Shown here piece by piece: positions 24,593-36,200 of a DNA stretch of 64,000 bases. Numbering within the stretch: position 1 is the first letter of the stretch; the number at the start of each line of letters is the position of its first letter. The notes below the pieces were generated by a model that was not told the DNA's origin, ran no database searches, and worked only from the letters and a program-made list of their open reading frames with translations. The DNA lies in contig OZ076416.1 of the NCBI GenBank assembly GCA_964187785.1, forward strand, positions 28,582,001 to 28,646,000, in the 5' to 3' direction. The DNA comes from Amphiscolops sp. MND2022 (Eukaryota). A program made the position numbers and the translations under genes.

Positions 24593-27500
24593 CCCCTCTC
24601 GACAATTCTACTTCTCAATAAATTATTCGACTTCCTGGATGCCAGAAGAAGAACCAGACCCTCTCACCGTCTCCAATCAATCAACTGAATTTACATCTAA
24701 GTGTCCTCAGATGGTTGACGTTAGTTTAACATTTTTCTATAGACCGATTCAGTAGTGAGACTACTGCTATAAACTTTTCACCTGCGCCCAGTATAACGTG
24801 TACTCGGCTGCCGGTTTGATAAACTTTTTTGCAGTAGTGAGTTTACTGCTATAAAATTTTAACCTCCGCTCTGACATTTCTGTCGAATACATTTTCATTG
24901 AAATTTATCCCGTGCGAAATCAAGTACCTTAGTTTATCATCTTATACTGTTTTTTTTCGCACTCTTGTTCTGAAGAAAATCTATCGGTGTATTTTTGACA
25001 CCCTAGCAGATAATCATAGTCATTGGGCGAGCTGCCGTGGAAAACTGGTGTACTCTCCAGTTACCAAAGGGTACTAAAACCCTAAACACAAACGACTTCA
25101 CTGTCAAAATGTAAAAGTTCATTGCGACAACCTTTAGTGACAAGATTCCATTGATTTGGGTCATTTTCATACGCGACTTGTAGTGCAAAAGTCTGACAAC
25201 TTTGAAGGGAGATTTCACGACTCCTGAAGGATGCTTCATTTTTTAGAGGGAGTAATGACAGCATTGACTACTGCTTCATTTTCAGGCCCAAAATATTATT
25301 GTCTAATAAAAAATTTGTTCATTGAGAGCCAACAGTATTGATTATGCCAGCTCTAGATATTTTAGTATGTTCATTTCATATTAAAGTGCTATTGGTGAAC
25401 AATTGTTCAAGCTTTAATTGTATTATGTCGTTATTTCATTGCTTTTTATTATGAAATTCACTTTGTTTTAGTCCGTGATTTACTCTGGTGACTATGTTAA
25501 TTACTTTTAATTCAAAATTTTCAGTGCATTTAAACACAGTCTAGGTAGTCATGAATTCAATAGCTAGTCTCTGTTGTGAAAGAAATTCTCAGCTGAAAGG
25601 AGCAAGTTTCAAAAGTTTAACACAGAAAAAGTTATTGCATGTATTTTTCAAGTATACGTCTTGCATCAATCAATGTCCACGTTTGAGTATTTTTACGGAT
25701 GTCCGGACACTTGCTACTGGACATTTGCTACTACAGACAAAATGCTACTAAGCTGATTGCCACTACATTGTGCTTCTTCGGAGTGACCCATGAGTTGACT
25801 AATTAGTGAATTATGAAAAAAAGTTTGCTGGAATTTGGCACAATCTTTAAAAATTGCCGGCTATTGAGTCGTGAAAGTGGGTTTGCTTGTTTTCAAATCC
25901 AAAATGAAAAAAACTGACTAATAGTTCCATGGTTAACAGCTAATAGCCTAATAGTCGGAATTAGTAGCAATTACACCCAAATAGCAAATAATTGCCTAGT
26001 AGTAATTCTCCTAGTTACAAACGTCCTATAACTTATTTAAGGGTTTTACCCCTTGCCTTTCTGAGCTTCTCAAACGCATTGTTCATAGCCTCGCTAAATG
26101 TACCCGCGTTGTGCAGCTTGGCCGTTTGGTCGATTCCGAACACGTTTAGTTGAAATCATTTGATGGATGTCATTAACTTCTGCTGATATCAAAGAACTAA
26201 CTTCAATCACTTTCTTCCTAACGTATGAATTTTCAAGACTGAGTATTGTTGCTCTCACGTTCTCCACGTTCTCTTATAATAACATTGACACTGATTTCAA
26301 GAAGTAAACTTGAAACCAGCAGAAACGTACATTTAGCTTCTAACAATTTTCTTTCAAGCTCCCACTTTTTTTCATATCTCAAACGTTATCAGAGAACAAT
26401 CCGGCGGAATGCCACGTTTGGTTGCGGGAGAGTGGTGAGAAGTTGGAGACGTAATAGATATGAAATCAGCAACTTCATTGCGATATCGTTGTAAACTGAC
26501 GACTTCTACGAACTAAGTCTGATAAACTTAACCCTAATTGTTCTGGGCGTTTTTGTAAATTTTCGAAAAAATGAATAAAAATTTTCAATCATTAATGTCT
26601 CCACAACTACGCATACCAGACAAATGAACTACAGTGGTGTGAAGAAAAAATGCGACTTAGCTGCTCAAAGGCTAATTTTGCAGTCTCATATCTCCAAAAC
26701 TATTCGAAATGGTTCAATTATGTAAAAACGAAAGTTTCTTAAATTTTTGCTATGATTACAATGGTTTTTGTTTGAAATTTCAACCATCATTGTTTCCGAA
26801 GTTAGAAACATGTGATTTTGGGAGGAAAATAATTAAAATTGCTAGTTTTTGAGAAAATATCAGTGATCCAATGAACATTTTTTGATAAATTTTGCCTTGC
26901 AGATACACTCAAATCTCTCGAAAACGAAGATGAAATTTGATTTTGAATGTATTTGGAAAATGTATATTGGTGGGAGTTTTACCAAGTGTAAGTCTGAAAT
27001 TCCTATCTTAATACATGTATTTCCAATTTTACTGAACAAAAAAGTGCTCCCATTTTTGTTTTCTTGGTGATTTTCACAAACAAAAACTATCATTGGATCG
27101 AGAAAAATCAGAGAAATTTTTGGTATTATTTTCATGTAAAAATTATCCCAGAGACAGAAAAATATTGAAAATACTGATTTTTGCGAGCGATCGAGGCTCG
27201 TTAAACCAATGAGATTTGAGCAGCGAGGTGTTGTGAACCAATCAAATTAGGGAATTCTTTGCATTCTTTCTTCACACCACTGTATAGCGCGTTTGAAAGG
27301 CCTGGTACTGTGCTTTCATTTTGATCTGGTGAGCCCCTGTCGCCGCGCCCCATTCTTCAGAATACAAGCGGGGGCTTGTAGTAACAACAGGATTTTATTG
27401 GGGTTTGTTGCACAAGGCCTTGTTGTGGAACAGTATGTGGTTGTTTGTTTATTGACCAAAGACTTTTGAGAAAACTGGATTTCGCCAAAAACTGAATTTT

Positions 27501-27627
27501 GGAAAATTATAAATATAAATATTTTGGAATCCGAAAGTGAAAAATAGGTAGGCTGCTTTAATGTACCACTAGATTAATTGGGGTTAATATGAAACTTGAT
27601 CGTAGGAGGCATGAAACTACATTATTT

Positions 27628-28190
27628 GAAAAGCCTGGAACGGCCCAAGTCGGCGTCCCCGCTCAAGATTCGAATAGAGTTAAGTGTTGTATCTATACAA
27701 AGGGTGACTATTGTGAAAATTTTATCAAATTTACAGTGCCGGAAATATCCGGTTGGATACCCATAAGACTCGAAAACCGCTTCTTCCAAAACTAGAAACA
27801 CCAAGAAACAAGGTCTGCTGCAAAACCGTAGGTCTTCACCGCAATTATTGAGAAAACTGTCATCAATTCTACAGGGCCAAAAAATGATCGAAGAGGTCAC
27901 CCTTAGAACTTGGGAAAAGGGGTAAAACCTCAAGAAACCAAAAATTTTGTTGGTAACATTTTTCAAAACTTTTCATTTAAAAAATTCTTCGGTAAGGCGC
28001 ATTGTGCAGAAAAATCTAAGGTGACCCTATATTTTCGCAAAACGTTTTTTTCTGCTAAATATCAGAGGAGGGCACTTCGGTTTATAAAAACTTCAAGTCG
28101 CATAGTGCCGAAAAATGGGGGACTCTTTGGTCTCATCTACCTTTGCCAGCATAAAATTTTAGGTTTAGTGCGAGACTTGAGGCTTTTGTG
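27628..28190 (+). mobile_element. Degenerate copy of the dispersed non-autonomous repeat family
   Basis: GGAACGGCCCAAGTCGGCG end motif at ~27638 and internal GTCGCATAGTGCCGAAAAA motif at ~28098, shared with other copies. Confidence 0.55.
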
Positions 28191-29196
28191 ACGAAACGGC
28201 CAACTGAAAGCGATTGTATGAAGGTTCGAATAGGTTACATCGAAGCCATGAAAGAACTTATTTGTTTTTGATGCTTATGTGACTACTTGATGGAAGGCAA
28301 TACTAGATAAGTTTCGGAGGTCAGTTCGGCATCGAAGCTGATCTAGCCTACTAAGCTTCATAATGCCCTTCAATTGGTTTCTGTAAACAAAAGGATTACT
28401 TGAAACTACCAGACAGCTAATGAGATGAACGCGAACGAGTATTAACTTTCGATACAGTAATTCTTAATTCTTCGCTGATAGCTTTCAATATCTCAAAGGA
28501 GCGAATGCGAAAGGTCATTATAAGTTATTTGGAGTGTTCTCGTAGAACAATTGCTTTCATTCTACAGTTCATTTCATTTCTACTGCTTTCATTCATTTCT
28601 TGTAGTAACAGTCATAAATTTGGATGCTTTCAATAAAACGTATTAGGTTGGCACTTCTTTTTCAAGATTCTGAGAAACCTGTCTGAAATTCCGAGTTTTA
28701 CCTTTGCCAAAAATTCATGAAAAAATGATTTTTGAGCCAGAACAATTTAGATGGAACGATACAGTTGCAGTTAGGAAATGTTTTGCAGTAGCTGAACTAT
28801 CATTGAATCCCGAAGGGGTCAATTTCATTTCAATAGGTTTAATGTTTTGTTTCATTGATTTGTAATCCGGTCAAAATACCATTCGGGATTTTCTGTTTGA
28901 ACAGAAGAGTTGAAATCGGATCAATCGAAAAATGGAATTGAATTGCGATTCTCAGAGATGTAGCGCCCTGGTAACAAAATACTTAATGATTGGATGAAGA
29001 AGTAACTTTTCTGAGGATCTTTTGTTTTCTAGTAAGACAGCGTTTTTACTGAATGTGTATCAGGTTTGATTTTTCAGTTGGAATGGTTTTTCATTAGTCT
29101 GAAAAAAATGAGTAATCTTGCAATGTTCCGTTGATGATTTAGCTGTTCTCAATTTTGTGAGAAAACGAACTGTTTTCTGCCTCGGAAAGTCGAAAC

Positions 29197-32100
29197 ATGG
29201 CTTCAGTCAGCCACGAAACCACTGACCAAAAAACTGCCTCCGATCAGCCTACTAGAGCACGATGTTATTTTGACATTTCCATCAACAAGCATGAAGTTGG
29301 AAGGATTGTGTTTGAACTTTTCCTTGACATCTGCCCCAAAACGTGTGAAAACTTTCGCTGTCTATGCACCGGCGAAAAGGGCAAAACCTCTGACGGCCGA
29401 CATGCCTTGCATTACACGCAATGCCGATTTCATAGGGTCGTGAAGGGGTTCATGATACAGGGGGGAGATTTCACATTGGGCAATGGAAAAGGAGGCGAGT
29501 CAATTTATGGGTCAACGTTTGAGGATGAAAACTTTTTGTTGAAACATGACCAGGAGTTTTTGCTGTCCATGGCAAATAAGGGTGCTAACACAAACGGCTC
29601 TCAGTTTTTCATCACGCTCGCCAAGTGTCCGCATTTGGACGGCAAGCATACGGTGTTCGGCAAAGTTGTTTCCGGACAGGAAATAGTGAAGTTGATCGAA
29701 AACCAGCCCGTTGAAGCGCATAAACCGGCCGGCGAAATAGTGATTGAAAACTGTGGAGAGTTGGTTTTGATGAAGCGCAAGAAGGAGAAGAAAGAAAAGA
29801 AAGCCAAAAAAGAAAAGAAGGCGAAGAAAGAGAAGAAGAAAAGCAGAAAAGGCGATGAAGATAAGGCCGATACAAGTTTAGATGTTACCAATGAAAATAA
29901 AGCAAGCGATGGTGATGCTGATTCTTCCAATGAGGGATCACCACAAAAGAAAGCCCCAAACGATGACTCCAAGGCTGGGGAGAACGAGAATGAAAGAGAG
30001 GCAGAGGCTGCTGACGGTGGTACTTTTGGTGCCGATAGCTCTGCTGAAGATATCCTCGACATATGTAAGTGTTTCCAGTTGTATGGCGGCTCAAACGTTT
30101 CGATACAAAGTTTGAAGGAAAGCGTAGTGCCACTCAAATGATTTCTAGTTTTCAGTTAAATGATAAAAATTGCCAACATTCTGATAATTTTGAAAATGTT
30201 TTTGTGGACTAAAACTAAGAATAATTAAATTATACATTAACCCTAAATGGACCGCGACATTTTCGGATCCATCCAAAAATCTGGTGTTTAAACTTTAAAC
30301 CGCAATATCTCCTAAAGTATTCAAGTCCGACAAACGATTCATAGCGCGTTCAAAAGAGGACAATTAGGGCTTTCATTTTGATTTTTAAACTCCGGACTTT
30401 GCGCCAAAATTTTGCACGCCTCGTGTCTCTTATTGCATTTCAGCTTGTTCCAACACATGCTGGAGTCACAATCTTGATACCAGTGGGCCAGAAACAAAAC
30501 TGGAAAAACGGAAAATCGGCTCTCAATTTTTTTGATTTTTTGGTCCCATTTTCATGATTTCGGAGACACCATGTCAATATTCCGTGAAATGACGTGCAAT
30601 GCTATGTAAAATCGTCTGGAAATCTTATTCAAGAGTTTTCTTCACCATACGGTCAGCTGGTGCGTTTAGAAGTATGCAGAATTTAACTGGTACGAAATCG
30701 TACCATGGTCCATTCAGGTTAAAATGAGTCGATTTTTGGCGTTTTGCTAATTGTAAAGGAGAAAACATTTTGAGGAGAGTCATTTTGTAATCGATTTGTT
30801 TCAGCTGTTTCAAAACCTGAGCAGATGGCGCTGAACGAACCCAACGAGGAGATACTAGCATCTCCTCTTTTGGAACCTTCCAAATTGCCTGACATTATAT
30901 CATCGCATAATTCTAAACCCGATAAAAATGCGTCAGTGACAAACGAAGACGAAGGCGCAGTACCATACTTTTGCTCTATCGACCCTGATGAAATTCCATC
31001 TATTCCAGACAAGAAGTTCTTGACGCGGGTAGCACCAGAAGATGACCTTAAAGATAGAGACAAAGATGACGTGGACCCTGAAAATGATGATCGTAATTCA
31101 GCTGGAAAAGAGAAACGGAAGAAAGAATGGAGAATTGGACCTGATGGTATGAAAATAAAGGGCAGAGGTACTATGAGGTACAACCCGTATGCCGATAGAG
31201 AAAGAAGCATTACTCCGCCACATTGGAAAAACAACACCTCTTTCAGACCTATGAAAAGGAATCTTCCTGATTCTGAAGACGATAAAGGCGACTTGTTCAC
31301 TGATAACGGTAATGCTGATAATTTGAATGTACTCAGAGCCAAACGAAACCGAAGCCGTGAAAAAGACCGAAGCGATAGAACCCAAGAACGCAATACCCGG
31401 TTTGACAAGTTTTATAGAATGAGAGAAGAGGAAAGATTGCATAATTATAATTACAGCAGAAGTAGAAGAAAACATGCCGACAGAGAGGAAGAAGCGCACC
31501 CACAGGAAAATAACGAGATAGGTCAAAGTAGTCAACATGTATCTTCGGTGATTGAGCAGCGACTTATTGACACCATCAGCCAGCGAGTCAAAACTGAGAT
31601 GAATGAAGATACGGGACCCCCTGAAGAAGGCGAATGTTTGGACCCTATTCCTTTCCGACCTAGATCTCCCAAGAGAAAGAAAAAGGAGCGCAAAGATTCT
31701 GAAGAAGGAACATATATGTCCCTTCACAGAAACGAAAAAACGGATGCAAATGATGATGAAAGAAGGCCGAGTGAAAAGAGTTCGCCAAGAAAGTCCCGAG
31801 GTTCTAGAAAGAGTAAATCCCGGAGCCGATCCCTCCATTCAGGGGAGCGAAAAAGTATCACTGTCAAAAACGAGGGTGACTCCAAAAGTCGAGCAATTAT
31901 CTCGAAAAGCATAGAAGCAAGTATTTCAGAAAGGTTCAAATCAATAGCCAATTACAGCCTAAATGATATCATGACCTCAAAGAGCTCCAGTAATGTAGAT
32001 GCCAAATCTGGTGTAAATACAAGAAGTAGCCGGAATGCAGACGAAGAAAAAGAATATTTCACAAGGCGGAAACCTGGGAGTGAAACCAAAAGATCTTTCG

Positions 32101-32744
32101 AAGATTTACATGATATCAAAGTAAAAAGAGAACGGAGTACTTCTAGAAAATCGGATCAACGGCGAACATTAAGCCCTGAACGTAGACGAAAAAAATCTCG
32201 TAGTATAGAACAGAGAAGCAAAAGATCCAAAAGTAGAAGCGCCGACAAGCGTGGGAAATCTAAAAGTCACAGTCCCAAGAGGCGCCCGAAATCCAAAAGT
32301 CCCGTTGAAGATCGCCGTAAAAGAAAAAACTCGTATTTGGGAGAAATTCACAAACAGAATAAAGAAGATGGGAAAGGAACTCATGCTCGAAATAAATCTA
32401 GAAGTCGCAGCCCATCGCGAGACAAGAGAAGGTCAAGGTCCAATTATGATGATAAAAAACGTGGTTCTGAAACAAAACGTAAGGGTTCCAGGGAAAACCG
32501 TCTGAGAGGCTCAGTGGACGACAAGGAACGAAGGAGGCGAGAAAGCGAAAGATCTCGAAGTGCAAACAGAAGACGCCAGTCTAGCGAAAAAGATAGAAAG
32601 AAATCTGGAAATATTAGTGGTCGCCATGATGAAAAACAAGGCAGAAGAACGAAAGATTCCCACAAAAACACTAGAAGTCGCCGAAGGTCGCATTCCAAAA
32701 GTTCCAGCCCAGAAGACTTATTCAATTTATCTGCCCTTGTTTGA
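29197..32744 (+). CDS. PPIG: SR/RS-domain cyclophilin, PPIG/NKTR family; exons 29197-30064 and 30805-32744 (~935 aa)
   Basis: Cyclophilin domain (CYFDISI...[12 protein letters not shown]...[15 protein letters not shown]...NGSQFFIT...[10 protein letters not shown]); GTAAGT donor at 30065 and phase-1-compatible TTTCAG acceptor at 30804; PPIG-type motifs EIPSIP, KIKGRG..RY and TPPHW; RS-rich tail; AATAAA at 32744-32749. Confidence 0.92.
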
Positions 32745-33296
32745 ATAAACTGTTTTTGTTGGTGAATTTTTGTTGCAGAGATGTGTTAATAATAAGCTAT
32801 GATTGTGAAAAAATTTGTTGCAAGTTGCAAGTTTTACTTTAAAACATTTTTGCCATAGATTCTTTGCTACAAGCTACATTTGGTATCATGTAGGAGCTCC
32901 ATTTCACAAATGTGTTCAAAATTGCCGCAACTTTCACCGAGGAACCAACCATTCATGCTACATTTCGTGCCATCCTGTGTGCGTAAAGTTTAATGACAAT
33001 TCTGCTTTTCTCAAGTTTAGGATTTTTTGCCTGTCAAGTTCTCAAGAAACCTGTGCAGTACTTCTGAATGGAAAATATTGAATATATAAGGTGCCATTTG
33101 TCCATCAAATCGTTTAGGGTGGTCAGTACGGTTGCATATTTTTCGTGGTTGCATACTGATACTTTAAGCTATATTTACGGCATGTAGTCGAGATAGATTG
33201 TTGAATTTGCACGAAAAGTGCAATTCTGAATGTAATTTCAGGTGTTGCACAATGTATTGTGTCGTGTAGATAGAAGAGGTCAATTGTGTAGTGAGA

Positions 33297-36200
33297 ATGG
33301 TTCAGAAAGGTCACCGGAAGATGGTTGCGGGTCAACTGGGCCACTATGACGTGCCCACTCAGGTGCAGGTTATGCAGGAGGATGGGAAAACACCGCAGGA
33401 AAATGTATTCAGAAAACAGTACAAGAGTGGTGCTGTATTTGAAGGTTGGTTGAACTTCGCTTCCTTGCCTTTAATGACCTAATCCAGGGTTGCTTAAACG
33501 TTTGAAATACTTTTAACGTTTTAAAGTGCTTTAGCGTTGAGATCAAAAAGTGAATTCAAATTATGAGAACGAAAATAATTCAACATTCGGAGCCGAACTC
33601 AGCAATCGCTTCAAAATGACAGTTTTCGAACTTTTTATGATTAAGTTTATTCGAATTTCAGAATGCATATGTCCCATTGAAAAAACCGCTCCAAACGAGT
33701 TGAAATTGGGACCATAGCTTTTGACTCTTCGGAAACGTTGCCCAATTTTTTGTCGAAGTTTCCCAACAACGCATACGAATTAGACGGAAATCCCAATTAC
33801 CTGGATACAAATTAACTGTGAATGTCATTTATAACTCTAGCTAGCTAATCTGACTAGATGATACACAGAAGATTGTTTGCAGGTCGTTTGGAGAACGGGG
33901 TAAAGTGTGGGCATGGTAAGATGGACATGCCAAGTGGTGTCTCCTATGTGGGGGAGTGGAAGGACAACATGAGGAGTGGCAAGGGAGAAATGAGATGGGT
34001 CGACGGGGGAGTCTTCACGGGTGACTTTCTGGATGACCTCAGACACGGAAAAGGCGTGCAGAAGTTCCCCAATGGCGAGGTAATGTCTGTTATACCTTTC
34101 GATATTGTATAGTTCGATGATAAATTGGTTGCCATTGTGAATAACGATTATCCTATGTTCATACACTTATCTGTTTACAGCTTCTGTTTACACTTAAAGA
34201 TAAAATATCTTAAAATACTTCTCAAAGATAACTGTATTCTGTAAGAAGAATTAAAGAAGATGATTAAAAAATAACAATGACAAAATTTGTTGTTTACAAA
34301 GGTATACGAAGGCGATTTCTACAAAGACAAAAGACACGGCAAAGGCGTTTACACTTGGCCTGACGGCACCAAATTCACTGGTCGTTTCTATCGCCATGAA
34401 AAAGAAGGATATGGCAAGTTTGAATTCCCTGACCAATCGACCTTCGAAGGACTCTACAAGGAAAACGAGCGATGCGGTCCTGGAGTCTTCACATATGCAG
34501 ACGGAACCCAAGATTGTGGGTTATGGAAGAAAGAACTTCTGATCAAAATTTGTTCCTCTATTCGAGACGCCTTTTCCATAATCGACTTCCCGGAGTTTGA
34601 ATTCGACCCAAAAGAACACGAAATGATGCTTTCGTCTGGAGACGCGAATCCTCTCAATTTGGTTGAAAACTCAATGACCCAATTCACAGAGTATAGCCAG
34701 AGTCAATTGCCTGCCCCCAATTACTGCTCCACAGCCTCAACTGATTTCAAAGAGGTCAGATTCGACGATCAGATGTTGGAAAACATTGTCTATGATCTTT
34801 ACTCCAATAGACTTCCCAGTGTGGACTCTAGGCAGTTAGTTTACGATCAGTCAGAATTCGATGCTGCTTTTTACGCTGATGGTATTTCCGCTAATAATGA
34901 CCAAGTTCAGGTTTGTTCGTTAGTTTTTCGTTTCTTCAGATCCCAAATTATTCGATCGCTGTGTAATTTATGTAACATCGTAGGTGAAATCCGCAGTTGC
35001 CTTCAACAAAACGCCCGCTTTGATTGTGATGCAACGCCACGTGTTGCGAAACCATTACTGGGAGGACGAGCAGCAGTTCAATGTTCAGAATATGATGGTT
35101 GGCAACAGAAGTGGAATAGCCGAGAAGGGTCCGATCGAGAAAGCTAGTGAGATGTTGCTGAACGGGGCTCTTCAAGGTGACAACGAAATGGTAACCAAGA
35201 TTCTGCGTCTCAGGGCCTGTTACGTGGACGTTATGGACCGAGATGGTAACACCGCTGTCCATCTAGCGGCCATCAACGGTCATCATGACGTGCTGAATAC
35301 TCTGGTGAACTTCGGGGCAGATATAAACCGAGTTACCAATGAAGGCGTTTCTGCTTTGTCTGCTTGCCATGTATTGTTCTATGACGTGGCAGATTTCAAA
35401 CCCAATGGGGCTGAGACGCACGTGAAGGAATTAGTAGTTAGTTTTAATTCATACCAAAAAGTTTCCCGATTCTGAGTAAATGAAGTTCGAAGAACAATGT
35501 TTTGGTCTATTTGCTATCTCAAATAGAATGTGTTTATTGAATCGAGTGATTTCAAGGTTGTATTAAGAGATCTATATGAATATGGAAGAAATGACACCCA
35601 TAATAATCCTTCATGGAAAAACGACGACTTATTTATTATATTGGTCAAATTCTGTTGATACCTACGCTTGACTTTTAAACTTTTTCGTGATCAACTTTTA
35701 GGCCAAGTCTAACGCAACAGATGACAAAGTGGACGATGATGAGTCTGACATATCTGACGTAGACAGTCCCGGGGCGCTGGAGGCCAAGTTGGAGAAGCAG
35801 CGGATAAACGCCCGTCGCATTCGTCTCAAAAAACGCGCTCTGACCAACAAGCGTTATTGTACCCCTGACGAATATGAAGCCAGTGACCTGTCATACAAGC
35901 CGGTGAAAAGTTCAGTCACTGCTGCTGAAGCAGCCAAGGACTCAGGCAGCTCCAGTAATGATTCAACCACAGGGGATGGCAAGACTGCTGAAAAAGAAGA
36001 GAAAAAGGTTAGTGGTACTTGTCACTGTTACTAACCAGTGCTGAAAGTCGACTAAACCGTAAACTCGGTTTCTTGTCATGTAGCTTCAGACTCTTTATGG
36101 TTATTTTCACAATGTCTTTGAAGTAATGTATTTAAAAATAAAGTAGTGTAATCAAGACAATTTTTTATTATAATTACCTTGAGTTGATAAGTGTCAAGTT

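Noticed and set aside
26040-26120. bHLH-like helix (EAMNNAFEKLRK) on the minus strand
   Set aside because: No preceding basic region or second helix, and stops nearby; at most a decayed element fragment
29512-32725. Several minus-strand ORFs (e.g. 29601-30137, 30719-31408, 31098-31838)
   Set aside because: Antisense shadows of the purine-rich PPIG coding strand; F/S/L-rich with no domain motifs
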